Part shown: one piece after another, positions 37,867-51,222 of the stretch
Position numbering within the stretch: position 1 is the first letter of the stretch
How the letters are laid out: every line of letters begins with the position of its first letter
Assembly (NCBI GenBank): GCA_013265495.1
Contig: MU058065.1
Location: 5,244,976-5,308,975 of the forward strand
Direction of reading: 5' to 3'
Origin: Vicugna vicugna
Taxonomy: Eukaryota
DNA length: 64,000 bases
The notes under the pieces: generated by a model
Told to the model about the DNA's origin: nothing
The model's input: only the letters and a program-made list of their open reading frames with translations
Database searches by the model: none
Translations under genes and position numbers: made by a program

Positions 37867-39239
37867 TATTCAGTTTGGCAGGAGAACAGGGCCATGGGTG
37901 GGAGGAATAATCAAAGATGTCTTTGCAGTAAGAAGTTTGCAAAATTGTGATCTAGCCAACTTCTTATATAAATGAGGAAGCTCTGACCCCGAGATGTTAA
38001 GCAACTTGTTTAAGGCCACATATTGGTTTGATGACAGGGAGAAGGCTAGAATATTCTCTGCCTCAGGGTCAGCATGGGTGATAATCAAGGTGGAGAAATT
38101 CAACCAGCTGAGGCCAGGTTCACAGTTAAGCCAAAACCAAGGTCTGCAAAGCTGTTGGAAAGAAAGGAAGTATGTTCAGTGGCCCTCAGGCTCTAGGCTG
38201 CCCTGGACCTTATAAAGCTTCGTGCTACAGTGCACTTTGAGAAGAACAAAGATCGTGCAAAGAAGGGAGCCAAGGGCACGCTCTCAAGATATCAGGACCA
38301 CAGCATTCCTCCTTCCCTCCAGCCACAGAGCCGAACAGCATCATGTCCCAGACAAATGCAAGTCAACTAGACGTCCTCCCACTCGCCCAGATCACACACT
38401 GCACCTTGACCCTTCCTATCCACTCACAGGGGCCCCTCACACCTACTTCCCCAGATGTGTTAGCTGGGCTGATGGAGCACAGCTGGATGCTCTAAGACCC
38501 CACCAGTTACAAGACTTGGAGACTTTGTAGACAATTACACAAATGGAGGCAAGAGGCTTCCCCTGGTGTGAATTACACATACCCTCAGCCAAAAAAGATG
38601 AGCACAGCCAAAGATGTTAGAGATGCCACGTGGGACATGAAACAACTTGCCCCTCCTAGGGATTGATATAGCGGCTGCACCAAGATTAATTGTATTTTTC
38701 CTGGAACAAAGCTGGAAATCACTCAAAAGGGCAATAAATGCTGAAATCTGTCTATGCTCTGCCAAAATTTCAGACAAAAAGCCAATAAGACAATTTTTAT
38801 CCTACGGGCTTGAATGGATTTTTTTTTTTAAAAAAACAGATCCATGTTAAATGCAATGAACTAGACCAGCCCAGGAGCTCAGAAGAGACTGCTCATTTCA
38901 AGGAGGTTAGTGAGTTCTCCTGGGTCAATTGTACCTGAGACCATACCAGATTTGCCACCCAAAGGAGTCCACTGCCTGCATCTCCTTGTTAAACTCCACA
39001 CAGAGATAATGGGCTGCCAAGGGTCTGGACAAGACAAAGCTGTTCCTAAGGTCACTTCTTCTTGGACGAGAGAATGGGAAGTTTATGGTGGCTAAGAAAA
39101 GGAAACTGCTAGCCCAGATACTTCTGGGTTTTCAAACATTTCAAAGATTAATATTGCAAAACCTAGGCTTGGCACCAGACCAAAGCCTTTCAGGGCTCCC
39201 TCAGGGTTAAATAGGTGGTGATAATAACCTGGTGGTGAT

Positions 39240-39400
39240 AATAATTTAATATGTGTAAAGCAATTTATAGGTCATAAAGAATTTTCATACATTATCACAT
39301 TTATCCTCTCAACGTACTCTGTGAGTTGGATATTATTATGATTATTAATCACACTTCACAGGTGAGGAAACTAAGGATCAGAAATTTTAAACTGGCAGAA
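39240..39400 (-). mobile_element. MIR fragment
   Basis: 'ttcacaggtgaggaaactaaggatcaga'. Confidence 0.65.
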
Positions 39401-39481
39401 ATTTGCTAGAAAGAATGATCAGACGTGCATATAAAGACAGCTACCAGGTACGACTGTGTTTACAGCACATAAAAATGTTAC

Positions 39482-39930
39482 CTCAGCTAGGGTTCTAGTA
39501 GGAATTACATAGAAAACTTAAAATAGAATCATTTTAAAAGTTTTATAAGGGATTATTTACAAAAGTGAGAGACAGGTGCAGAAAGTACACAAAGGACAGG
39601 TTAGTACCCCGGGACTAGTAAGGGTGGGGCTGTTACCTTCCTAGGATGAAGGGGCTTGGAGAAGAGGCAGAACCTGGGGAAGAACGCAGCTTGAGAGGAG
39701 CTGTGACCTTCAGTCCAAGCAGGGAGTGAGTTAAGGAAGTAGATAATCCGACTGCCTGGGTCCCCATGTTGGCCAAAACCAAGTGGAAGTCAGAGGGTAA
39801 AAGGACAGCTGGGTTAACCATACACATGAGCCTCCCAGAGCAGAAAGCAGGTTGGGAGAGGTTAAGGAGAGGGTCAAATGGAAGATGTCTTCAAAGCCTT
39901 GTTTGTAGTTCAAAACCAACCTATACACTC
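39482..39930 (-). mobile_element. Old ERVL-class LTR (LTR33-like)
   Basis: 'agggttctagtaggaa...aagggattatttacaaa...ttggccaaaaccaagtggaagtcagagggtaa'. Confidence 0.55.
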
Positions 39931-39944
39931 AACACTTGGACAAC

Positions 39945-40290
39945 AGTTAAATATACATAGTTTTTATAAGCAATAGAATATTTGTACAGCCATTAAAAAT
40001 CATTTTCACTCCCAAAGAGTAATGACAACAGAGAGGATGCTCGTGATATAATAAAAACTCAAAGAAGCCAGATGTCAAAAAAAAAAAAGAAGAAGCAGTA
40101 GAACTGCACACAGCACAATTCTGAATAAGCCTGAAACAAAGAAAGGCTGGAAGGAAAGACAGAAGCGGCAGCATCTCTGGGTGCTACTTCGGGTTGTAGA
40201 ATTAGTGTGTTGTTGTTTCCATTTTCTTCATCATATGTTTCTCTGTTTTACCAAATGTCCTATAATGAACACATATTATCATTATAACCC
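39945..40290 (+). mobile_element. L1ME-like 3' fragment
   Basis: 'tagaatatttgtacagccattaaaaatc...tttaccaaatgtcctataatgaacacatattatc'. Confidence 0.55.
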
Positions 40291-40914
40291 GGAAAACATG
40301 TATATTGACTTAAAGCAGATTATCTAAAGACCTTAGAAATTTGGAAGAACAAAATGTTAGAAATCCTTGGCTCTGGTTAACACTCTATATAAGAAAAAAT
40401 AAGAAGGAAAAAATCATCCATTCCTGTATTGATATCAGATTAGATGTCGCATATTCTCAGGACAGCTCAAAGTTAGGTTTGTTTGTCTTACAGTGTGTCT
40501 CCATACCAATCCTGTGGCAAAAGAGCCACCACCTTCTTCTATAGGGAGATAGAGACCTAGACTCATCAGGTCACACTGCTGCTAAGTGACAGAGCTAGGA
40601 CTTGAGCCAAATGGTCTGACTCCAAAGTCAACGCTATTCCAAGGAGTGGGGTCATGATCCTAATAGGGGCTGCTGTATGCCCAGGAGCCCCATCCTACAC
40701 AACAGTCCCTTCTTGACCATCACAGTTCTAAGGAACTGTACTCCTGAAGACATTTCTCAAGCATCGCTTGGGCATCCTGAGCTAACGGTAAAGACTGAGA
40801 AATTCCAGGCAGCACAAAAGAACTAGTCCTGGTCCGGTGTTCCAGTCAACAAATCCTCATCTATACAATGAGGAGTTTGCTGATCTCAGTGTCTGCTCAA
40901 AGGTTCCCCATTAT

Positions 40915-41160
40915 GAATAATAAAGATTATACAGGAAAAGACTCACTGAGCACTAACTACAGACCAAGCGCTGAGCAGCATGTTTTTACACTGATTCCAT
41001 CCTTACAACAAACTTCAGGGGCAAGTCTATTACTACCTTGTCTTAGACAGGAAGACACTGAGCCCCAGAGAACTTAAGTAACCTGCCCAAGATCAAATAG
41101 CTAAGCAAGTGGAAGACTGGGATGTGGATGCAGACCTGTCCAGCCACAAAACCCAGCCTT
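40915..41160 (-). mobile_element. MIR SINE
   Basis: 'actgagcactaactacagacc...agacaggaagacactgagccccagagaacttaagtaacctgcccaagatca'. Confidence 0.8.
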
Positions 41161-43272
41161 TCAGAGCTCATTAATTAGACAGGGAGATAGGCCAGGCTCA
41201 TTTGAGAAGGTCACAGAATCATAAATCAGCAGGACTTATTTATTAGTCCTTAATAATAACGTCTCCCACTGGGCTTTGATGCTGCTCAAAATCCTACCAC
41301 GAGAATATCATCCTGTTGTATAGCTCCCTTCCATGGTGTGAGGCATCGCTCCTCGGTGCTGGAAAAACAGGTCTGCCTTTGTGCCCAAGAAGAGGAGGAA
41401 CACAGATATCAGTGACCCTTAGCTGCTTCTAACACAGACAGAAAAGTGGCTCTTCCTCTGAGCCGTCAGTCCCAGAGCTCATCCCTGGTTGGCAGAAGGA
41501 GCAGGCAGAATGGTTCAGTGGTGGACCAGTTTTAGCCTCTGTTTACTTCCCTTACCCTGTTCCTGGCACCATTACAAAACAGCCCCACAAAGATGCTGGT
41601 CTCCACTTGCCAGGGGCCGCATGGTCCTAAACATTAAAACTTCTCAAAGAGCCCCGACCACAAAATCCTCTGTTTTGTCTCCCGTAGTTTCAGTTCACCA
41701 TAATTAACCAGTGGGTATCCTGGTCACAGCCTCAGTATGTCTACATCCCCCGGAACCCCAGCAACAACGTCCACTCAGCCCAGCTCCCGTTCCTGCCTCT
41801 CGTGCTCACCCCCTACTCCGACTCCATAGCCAGAGTTTCCTTTTCTCCCACAAGGGCCTCTGTACATTAAGATTCCACTTCACAGCGGGGTGAAAGGATA
41901 AGATGTGTCTTCATTTACCTGCTGTCCTGCCTACCTCGCTTATTCAGATTTTCAGCCTGCTGAGAAGGAACTGCACCGAGCCTCACGATCAGTTCCGCAC
42001 TTAACCTGTTGCTGACACTTGAATGTGTTCTAACCCTGGTTAAAATTCAGGGGGCAGCATTTAGGCGGCAGCCTGGGGGTTGGAGACACTCACTGGCCCT
42101 CCGTCATTAGTGAATTTTCTGCCCAAGAAAATAGGAGTTGCAATGAGATTAAGTCCGAACTTCGAAAATGTCATTCCTTGAATCCCAACTACTGGTTTGA
42201 ATGCTTTTTGGCATGGGTGAGGCCCCATATTTCTAGCCTGACATCCAAGCTTTGCGATTCCTTCAGATTCCTAGGGCTTGGTGGTTCTCTGCTGCCTGCC
42301 TTGTACAAATTATTAGAAATTAATTTGACTTGGTTCAGCATTATCTGACAATTGCACTGACCCCCCCGTGAACCTTTCTGGCTAATTTACATCCCCGCCA
42401 TGCGGCTTAATGTCTCCAAGGCTGGTGCACATTATTTTAAGCTCATGCCAATTATAATTTTTTAATACAGTCTAAAAAAATTATGCTGTTACTTAGCAAC
42501 AAAGGTCACTCCAATAAATAATAATATTTTGTGAGTCTATTGATGCCCTCGATTCTTTTTCATGGGGTTGAGAGTTAGCAGTGAGACCTCTCGCAGTCAA
42601 CTATGGATGGGGGTCCACCACCCGCAGCCCCTCTGCTAGACGCAAGCTCAGCCCCAGCCCCTGTACTTTAAGTCCTCCTTCTCCTCACCCTCGTCTCTTT
42701 TAGACAGTGATGGGGCGAGTCTGGATGAGCTCCCCTCCTCCCATCCCTAATCCCCAGTCTCCCTCATACCTGGGGTCCCAATGGGAAAACCATGGCATTC
42801 ACATCCAAAGGGTAGCTGGATTCAGAAACATCGAGCTAAGGTCCCAAGAACCATTCCTATCAGAAGCCAAGGGTTGGACATGGCCACTGACATGGGAGAC
42901 CTCAACATTTTCTCTCCTTTTTTTCCTTTTGTTAAAATGATAACAGGCAGGAAGAGTCCTGCCACGCCCTCTGCCCCCTCCCCTCTCCCCACAGCAAACT
43001 GCCCAACGTTCGCCATCCTAGAGGTCAGGCTCAGACAAAAGACCTCTGAGTGCTGGCTCATTCCTCCCCATCAGGAGCCAGCTAGGACTTTCTTCTTAGA
43101 GTTTGACCTACTGGGGGCCTCAGAGGTGGCTCGACAGAAGTGGTCTCATGCGACCAGTCCTCATTTTCTGTTCCACAGAAAGCAAGCCCAGTTTTACTAG
43201 TTAGTATCTATTCATCACCCAGTGCTGTGCCAGACACTTCCTGTACATTAACTATTTCATCCAAAGACGCAG

Positions 43273-43727
43273 CGGCAAATATTCTCCCCTTGACCAAACT
43301 TTATTCAGCTCCCTTCTTGACCAAGAGTCAACCTTGGGTTTCTATGTCCAGCTTTGCTGAGTCCAGTCTTGGCACAACTCCTGCTAAATCAGCTTAGAGC
43401 AGATTCCCCACCCTTGATATCTAACCACCCTTGATATCTGATCAAATTCTTCATCTCCCATCCTTGATACCTGACCACCCTGGCTTGCCTTCAACCTGAA
43501 TCCTGTTCAGTTGGTTTAGCAAGGTCCTCCTACCCTTGATGTCTTAGTAATATTCCATCCACTGCCCACCAAATAGCCACTGCTGTTTGGCTATAAATCC
43601 CCAGCTGTCTTTGCTGTATTCAAAGTTGAGCCCCATCTTTCTCCCCTATTATAATACCCTTCTTGTAATAGTCCTGAATAATTGTTCTCATTTTTAACAA
43701 GAGTCAGAATAACTTTTCTCTTGAACA
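43273..43727 (+). mobile_element. MER31-like ERV1 solo LTR inserted into a MIR
   Basis: Begins '...ccttgaccaaacttta', has repeated 'cacccttgatatct', TATA-like 'ggctataaatcccc' and ends 'ttgaaca'. MIR sequence lies on both sides (about 43205-43272 and 43728-43870). Confidence 0.8.
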
Positions 43728-45029
43728 ATAGGTACCACTATTATTCCCATGCAGCAAACAAGGATCAAAAGCGCAGAAGAGAACTCCATATTATTTGATG
43801 AGCATGTATCAGAGACACTGAAAGCAGGGAATCTGACTCCAAAAATCCATGCACCTAATCATTTCCCTTGGCTGCCAATTTGCTACAAAGTCACTCTCAT
43901 CCCCTTGCTAGTGATAACATTTAATTTGAGAGCCACCAAATCACACCAGACTGGAAAATCCTGGGTTGTCCCCGCTTCCACACACAAAGCTATAAAACAA
44001 AATTAAAAGAGACCCTGCCCTTTCAGTCCTGTTATCCCAGATGAATCCCAGCAAGCCGAACCAGCTGAACTCCTCATCCTTGGCCAGTTCTGTAGTTGGA
44101 AAGGTCTGGCTTTAGTAGCATAATTCACCGAATACTGTCCATTGGCAAGGTGCTGTACCAGGCACCAGAAGAAATACAGACATATAACATATAAACCTAC
44201 ATGCTACGGTGATGAAACATCCTAGCAGGGTAAAGAATCTAACTGAGCAGGATATTAGCATCATTTAACTTTATCTTCCTTGTAATTATCACTCCACTAC
44301 ATTCCCAGGGCCTGGAGGAAAATGCAGCTATCAAGCAAGCTGGTTTCTCACCAGACTAGCACTTTTCATATCCAGATAGAAGGTCAGGGGCCCACAGAGA
44401 GAGGGTCCAGGTTGTATCATTTCAATAAGCTATAGCAGGCCCTTCTGCTCACCCTCAGCCCCAAGCCACCAGCCTCTATTTGTCTGATAACCCAGGTGTG
44501 TGTGGAGATCTAAAGGCATTGATGTCAGGCCAGAATGTTCTATTGTGCTGGGGAATTTTCCTCCATCATTTCATTTGAATTAAAAATCATTTGAGATTCT
44601 GTTCCTAAGCCAGTGTAGCCTGGGGCCTCTAAAAAGACAGCTGTAGGAAACTGCTTGCCATCCTGGGGCTTCAGTGGCACGTCACTCGGAATGAGGGTAC
44701 AGCCCTGCATGCCTCCAGCTCACCCTCTGGCAGGAAATTGCTTCCTACAGTCATCCATGGGACCAAAGCCAGCCACACCATCAGGAACCATCAAGAGGCC
44801 AAAGGCAAGCAGCCATCCTCTCAGATCAATTTCATTTCAGCATCTCTGCTTCCCAGCGCTGTGCTTTCTCCCTGCCCTGTTACCTACCCAAGTCCTAGTC
44901 ACCTTGATTTTTGGAATGTGTTTGTTTCATCAGGCCTTCATGTTTCCATGTCTTCTTAAATGTTAGCTTATTCTTGACCACTGGAATGTGAGAGCCACCT
45001 GAAAACATGGTCTCCCTGTTCTCGGCTTG

Positions 45030-45250
45030 TCCATTCATTCATTCATTCATTCATTCCCCAAATATTTATAGGGACCTATTAGGTGTCAGACTGTAAGCTG
45101 TCTAAGATACAAATGAATAAGATGCCAGCCTCGTACCTGAGGAAGTCAGGGTCAAGTCAAGGAGACACGTAAACCCATCATCATAATGCATGCAGTGAGT
45201 TTGTTCAAAGCTCAGAAAGAGCCAGGAGAAAAGTGACATTGAGAGGGACA
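45030..45250 (-). mobile_element. L2 3' end with (ATTC)n
   Basis: 'cattcattcattcattcattcattccccaaatatttata'. Confidence 0.7.
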
Positions 45251-45519
45251 GACACGTCCACATAGAGGTGGAGGAGAAGAGGGTCAACGTGGTAGATCCT
45301 AAGGACCAGAAGCGAGGGCCAGAGGCTCCAGAAAGAGGGACTGTACAATCAAAGCCAAAATGACACGAGAGAGCCAGCTGCGTTCGGGAAATCGAAGTAC
45401 ATTCTCCACTGTCGAAGGGTGATCTGTGAGGTGGGAAGCACAAAAGAAGGTGAGGGCATACAAGTTGCCGGGGCCAGGTTTTGGAAGGCCTTCGGTGATC
45501 CCCCTGGGGACATTACTTA

Positions 45520-45830
45520 GCAATATTCATAGCCAACAAGTTTTTAAGGTTTGCAACGGGCCAAGCCCTGCACAATACACTTCACATGCGCTACTTTATC
45601 TGATCCTTATCAGATCCTCATGAGGTAGGTACTAGGTTGAACCATAAGAAATTCACCAGTACTCCACCATTTTGACCTGTGGCCATAGAAATCTCATGGT
45701 TCAACCTAATACTGCTACAGTTATCACCACTTAAGGGATGGGGAAATCAAGGCATCTTACTTGATTGCCGAGGGTCACACAGCTACTAGGCGGAGGGGCA
45801 AAGATTCAAGCTGACAGTCTAAGCGGTGTC
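45520..45830 (-). mobile_element. MIR SINE interrupted by a MADE2 MITE
   Basis: 'cctcatgaggtaggta' [MITE] '...gatggggaaatcaaggca...agggtcacacagctactag...gattcaa'. Confidence 0.7.
45632..45709. mobile_element. MADE2-like mariner MITE (78 bp)
   Basis: TIRs 'taggttgaaccat' and 'atggttcaaccta'; TA on both sides (45630-45631 and 45710-45711). Confidence 0.88.
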
Positions 45831-45859
45831 AGAGGAGGGGTAAAATTTTACATAAGGGA

Positions 45860-46700
45860 CTAGAAGATCTCAAGCTATGTGGTTATCTAGGGCAGAGCAC
45901 TCTGGGAAGAGGGTACCATAAGCACAAATTCTCTGGAGCAAAAGTGTGCCTGGTATGTTCCAGAAATCCAAGGAGGCCAGTGTGGCTGGAGTAAAGAGAA
46001 TGGTGAGAAGAGCGGCAGGAGATGAAGTCTGAGAGGGAACATGGAGCAAGAGCACGCCGTGCTTATAGTCCAATAAGGACTTTGGCTTTCACTCTGAAAG
46101 GGATGGAAAACCAAGTGACATGTTCTAATAAGATCATCTAGGCTGCTGGGTTGAGAATAGATTGCAGAAGGCAGGCCAGTTAGGAGACAAAAGATGATGG
46201 AGGTTTGGACCAAGGTGATGGCAGTGGAGGGAAAGGAGCCATCGGGGGCTTGATGGTCTGGATGAAAGGTGTGCAAGAAAAAGAGAGTCGAGGATACTGC
46301 CAAGATTTTAGAGGAATGAGGTTGCATTAACACAAGATGATGAAGTTGCCAGTAGAGCTGGTTACGGGATATTATTAGCAGCTCAGGTTTAGAAATATCA
46401 AGTCTGAGATGCTCATTGGACCAAATGGAGTTATCCAGTAGGCAGTTGGATATGTGGCTGTGGAGTTCAGGCAAGAGGTCCAGGCTGGAGGATACATTTG
46501 GAAGCCATCAACAGACAGAATTAAAGCTTGTGACTGGATATGATGGTCTAGAGAGTGGATTTGGATGGAAAAGAGAAATGGTCCAGGGACGATCCACAGG
46601 GCTCCCCAGTATTGAGAGATCAGAAACCTGAGACAGAATCAAGGAAAAAGATTGAGAAGGAGGAACCAGAAAAGTGAGAACCAGAAGAAGGTGCTGATTT
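45860..46700 (-). mobile_element. L2 LINE body including a degenerate ORF2 region
   Basis: Minus ORF 45887-46474 begins 'PELHSHISNCLLDNSIWSNEHLRLDISKPELLI', matching the L2 ORF2 motif ISNCLLDISTWMSNRHLKLNMSKTELLI; the DNA has typical L2 phrases. Confidence 0.88.
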
Positions 46701-48719
46701 TAGCATCATGAGGTCCCGGAGGAGGAGGAGGAGGACTACTCTCACTTTCCAGAACACCGCCTGCTCTCACAGCCCCAGTTTCCCATCTACCCAGTGCAGC
46801 CAGTCAAGGCGCAGCCTCAGTACAGCTCTAACTGTCTGAACTACCAGGGCACTTCATTACCAGTGGTCACCAAATTATTCCAATATCAGATTTTTTATTG
46901 AGTTAATAAGAAAGCTTCATTGCCTGACATATATAATTGCACACTCTCTGTAACCAGAGAATTCCCTAAGAGTAAGTACAATTTTATTTATTTTTAATAC
47001 CAGGGCAGTTATCATGAAAATCATTAAATTTCTGAATCATTAAATTTCTGGTACTTTTTTCTGTCATTTCCTAAAATTATCCACTGAGAATCATCCATAA
47101 GAGAATTCTTTTTTTTTTTTCCTCTGCTAGGAGCAATAGAGGAACTGGTAATTGTGCCTCCCTAAATCAAACCTACCCTCTTTGATTACATCTACAAGAC
47201 AGTGAATTCACAAGAATGGTAGTTCCTAAGCACACATTGAAACTCCCCTAGTAAACGCTGATATGGAAGCAAACATTCATCAACAGGACATCAAATGGCA
47301 AAGAACATCCTATAATCACCAGTGAAATCCCATTTCTTAAGTTCGCTTCTTGCCTTCCAGTTTCTATTCGAAGTTTTCTATCCCCCACAAAAACTGCTTC
47401 CTTGATACAGAGATCACTTTAGTGACCCTCCCTTCGCTCACACACACTCTCATTTCCTTTCCCATTTATAATGTTCTGCTCTACACAGCATTTTGCCTTC
47501 CGAATCTGCTGTAAAAGAGATTATGACATTTCACTGAACACAGAGTCAAACATCTATACGAACACACAGATACGTGTAATACCAGCATGAATGAGTCCCA
47601 TATGTTTTTTGAAAAACTAAGTTTCTACTAGAGCAAGGGGGCATCCGATATTAATCCTACACACATGAACCTTACTCAATAGTCTCGCCAGTGGCTTTGA
47701 TTTCTGAGAAAATTAACATTTCAGTCTAGGCAAATAAGCCCTGCCTTTGAAGGGAAAATGACGTTTTTCCTTTCCTGCAATGGAACTTCCTCCTTCTGGT
47801 TTGTCTGCATCAGCTTAGGTCAAGGGACAATCTTCTCCTGCCTTCCCACACTCACCTCCTCTGCCCTTGATTTAATATCGGGACCGGCTGACAAACCAAG
47901 CTTCAGCCATCCAAGTCTTACTCCATCCCTAAAGGCAATCAGAGAGCATTTCTGTACAAAGCGTCGTGCCTTATGCGTTCATCCTGAGCAGACACACAGC
48001 GGAAACTTCCACAAAGTGGTTCTTTCCCTGCCAACCCCCAGAAAAATACCGATACGCTGAGCTTTTATTTGGTCTTCCAGAAGCTTTAATGCACCCTTAT
48101 GTGATCTCATTGCCTCTTACACGTGTTAACATATGTGTTATGCTTTCAAATATGAGCACTTCTGCAAATCCACTCCCACCCCCCAAGACAAGGGGGTAAA
48201 AAGACTTTGACTGTTCTCTGGAGCCGCCGTAACGTGGCACGAGCACCGCCACTGCAATCTTCAGGGAAGCGGGAGACCAAGGAACTAAGCTCTGCTCGTC
48301 CTTCGACCTTAGGAAACAGACGCCGGGACAGAATCGAAATCACTTCCTGCTGAGAAATCATGGATGCTTGTAATACATCATTTCAGGAAGAAAAACTTCT
48401 GAAGTATTTTTTTTTTAAATAAAACTATGTCTGTGTCTCTGGCAGCTATTTGGTTAGAAGCCTTTTGATGTGTGATCTTAACACCAATCAGTATTGCCAA
48501 AGGGATCATTTCAGCCAACTTCCAGCTCCTCGTGGTGCGCCACAGAGCAGCTCCAGCCACAGCCTTCCTCAGTCCCACGCGGCAATGGACGTGGTGGGGG
48601 AAACCCTGACACCCGGCCCCGAACTCCTGCACCTGATGGGGTGTGTGGGCCCAGAAAGTCCCTGACCCCCTAGCGAGCTGCCTTCCTCTCATTCAAAAAT
48701 GGGGTTATTGGTCCAGGTA

Positions 48720-49255
48720 AGACAACCTAAACTTTCAAAAACAGGGGAAAGATTAAGTGAGCCATGGCCCATGGCATACAGGGAATATTCTGGAGTCAGG
48801 AAAAAGAATGAGGGAGAGCTATTGGAGTTGACATGGAAAGATTTCTAAGACACAGACATACGGGAAAAAGAAAAAGAGCAAGTCACAGAGCCAAAACCTA
48901 CTAGACAGTCCCATTTTATAGAAAAAGCATACTATTCCATGTGGAAAAATAAACTATAAACTCATCACATGTTCAGATCTAAATGTATGCAAATACATGA
49001 ACACGTGTGTGTTGGTATATACACACATCTAAACACACAGGTGTGTGTGTGAGACAACTGTCCATGCTTTGAGATGTGTCCAAAAGGATGTTCATCCTAC
49101 TGGTAACAGTATTTATCACCAGGGAGGGGAGTATGGTTGTGGCGAATTAAAGAAGGGGATTTTCTCTCTATCCTGTGTTCTTTGCACTCTGGATTGTCTA
49201 TCTTTTACAATAAGAATGCATTTATATATTACTTATATAACCTCAAAATAAATAA
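48720..49255 (+). mobile_element. L1MC/ME-like 3' fragment
   Basis: 'acaacctaaa...ggaatattctggagtcaggaaaaagaatgagg...tgacatggaaagatttctaagaca...ttttacaataagaatgcatt'. Confidence 0.6.
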
Positions 49256-49314
49256 GCATAAGTTTATTCATTTATTTGTTGATTTAATTATTCGCCAAAG
49301 ATTCAACAAGTGCT

Positions 49315-49742
49315 CTGGCAGAAAGTTGGTTGCTTCTCCACTATCTATTGCCCCCTTACTTCTTGTTAACATGACCCTGGTGTTCAGGGATGTGATGTCC
49401 CAAGGTGAACATTTGTTTTACCCATCTTTTTAGCAGCTCCAAATAGCCGGGAGATACATTCTGGCCAATGAGACATGAATGGAAGTGCTGTAGGGGGAGG
49501 GAGGAGGTGGTACCTCTTCCTCCTGCCTTGAAGGGACAGGATGTCTGGAGCTGCAGCAGCCATCTTGCCAATATGAGGTGTCAAGTATGAGAGGCCAGGC
49601 CAGATGTTGCTAAGTCACTAAACCAATGCAGCAGTTGCTAACCTCCTGAATTCTCATTTTATTAAGGAATATAAATCTTACCAGTTTAAGCTGTAAGTTG
49701 AGTTTTTTGTTACTAATAGCTAAGTGTATTTCTGATCAACAC
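49315..49742 (+). mobile_element. MaLR LTR (MLT1J-like)
   Basis: 'tggcagaaagttggttgc...ttctggccaatgagacat...gatgtctggagctgcagcagccatcttg...tttttgttactaatagc'. Confidence 0.75.
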
Positions 49743-50004
49743 AAATGCCTGCGAGGTACTGAACAGAGTCAAGCTAGAGAAACTGACTTTATAAGAGACA
49801 GGAGGAATTGTCAGCAGCATAAAATGCCTGAGATTGAGGATGAGATCCAAAACATAAATAATGAGGGATAAAATAGGAGTGTCCCAATTTCTTTATATGG
49901 GTATTGAGTCAATTAGATGAGATTCCATGTATGAAAGTAGTTTGTAAATGGGGTAACAACATGCAAAATATAAGAGCTGACTTTTGTGCTTATGTTGTTA
50001 GGGT

Positions 50005-50260
50005 GCGCTATGAGCAGTGGCTACAATTTCAAACTCTGAAGTCAGACCACAGGGTTTGAAATCCCAGCACACCACACATACAAGCTTTGAGCGTTGACAA
50101 AGTTATTTAACTTCTCTGCACCTCTATTTCCTAATATGTAAAACTGGAATCATAATAATAATTACCCCCACAGGATTATTGTAAGGATTAACTAAAATAA
50201 CGTATCAAGAGGGTTAGCGCAGAGCCTGGCATGGGTGGCCTGAAGGATGAGTCAGTCACT
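50005..50260 (+). mobile_element. MIR SINE
   Basis: 'ctctgaagtcagacc...gggtttgaaatcccagc...aagttatttaacttctctgcacctctatttcctaatatgtaaaa'. Confidence 0.85.
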
Positions 50261-51222
50261 GTTATTATAGGACGACTTAAAGGGCATTCAAAGGCCCCCA
50301 GGTGCCAAAACGTAGCCCCCACCATGGTCTTCCCACCAGTCAGAGAAAGTCTCAGAGTAGTTACTGCCTGGCTCAAGGCTTCAGAGATCACAGTTAAAGA
50401 AGAGACGTAGCGCTCACTTGAGGAAGGTTAAACCTTGCTGTTCCAGAACTATTTACAGGGCAGCTACGACAAGCAAGGCAAAGCACTGAAGAGAATAAAA
50501 AAAGAACGCCGAAAATCACTCTGCGCTCTCAGGGAACTCGAAGAGATAAGACGTAAATGCGAGAAAAGTGAAAGAATATACAAGAGATAAATAACAGCTT
50601 GAGGTTGTACAAGAAATGTCACGAGCCGGTGTGAGATCAATTGTCAAACAGCGATGCAGAAAGAGATCAGAAACACCCGAGGGCCAGAGAGACGGAGGTG
50701 GGGGAAATGATCCAGGACTGCTTCGGGGAGAAACGGGAGCCTGCGCTGAGGATGCAATGGCTTTCGACAGGAAGGGAGGAGCCGAGCGGCACGCCAGGAA
50801 GAGTGGAACAGGCTTCGAGTCACGGAAACAAGAAACCCCTGAGTATACTGGGGGAGATGTAGGGGTGGAGCCCACGAGTGTGGGAGTGAGCCTGGCCAAA
50901 GCCAGGGGGTTGAACAAGAGGCATGCCATCTCATGAGAGAGAGTGAAGCAGGGGCAGCTGGGAAGCTGAATCAGGAAGGACTTGAGGTTGACGGAAAAGT
51001 TTGAAACACAGCCTGCAGACAGTGGAGGGTCATAGAGATTCCAGATGAGCAAAGCTGATCAGAACCTTCTGTTGACACTTATCAGGAAGCAAGGTGTAGG
51101 ATTCCAGGGCTGAGAGAGTGAGCAAAGGGAGAGAACCCACTAAGACCTGCTGTCGTGACACAGACGGGAGGGCAGGGTGAGAGCCTGAAGCAGGATGGGC
51201 CAGCGGGGAACACAAAAACACT

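Noticed and set aside
43405..43545. Spaced direct repeats 'cacccttgatat' suggesting a CRISPR-like array
   Set aside because: These are internal repeats of the MER31-like LTR, irregularly spaced, in eukaryotic DNA with no cas genes.
45887..46474. Longest ORF (195 aa, minus strand) as a gene or domesticated reverse transcriptase
   Set aside because: Only the first ~35 aa resemble L2 ORF2 before the frame drifts, and no RT catalytic motif is present. It is an L2 fossil.
50516..51052. Overlapping 178-aa and 106-aa ORFs in the CpG-rich zone
   Set aside because: No recognisable domain or splice architecture; explained by higher GC content and purine skew.
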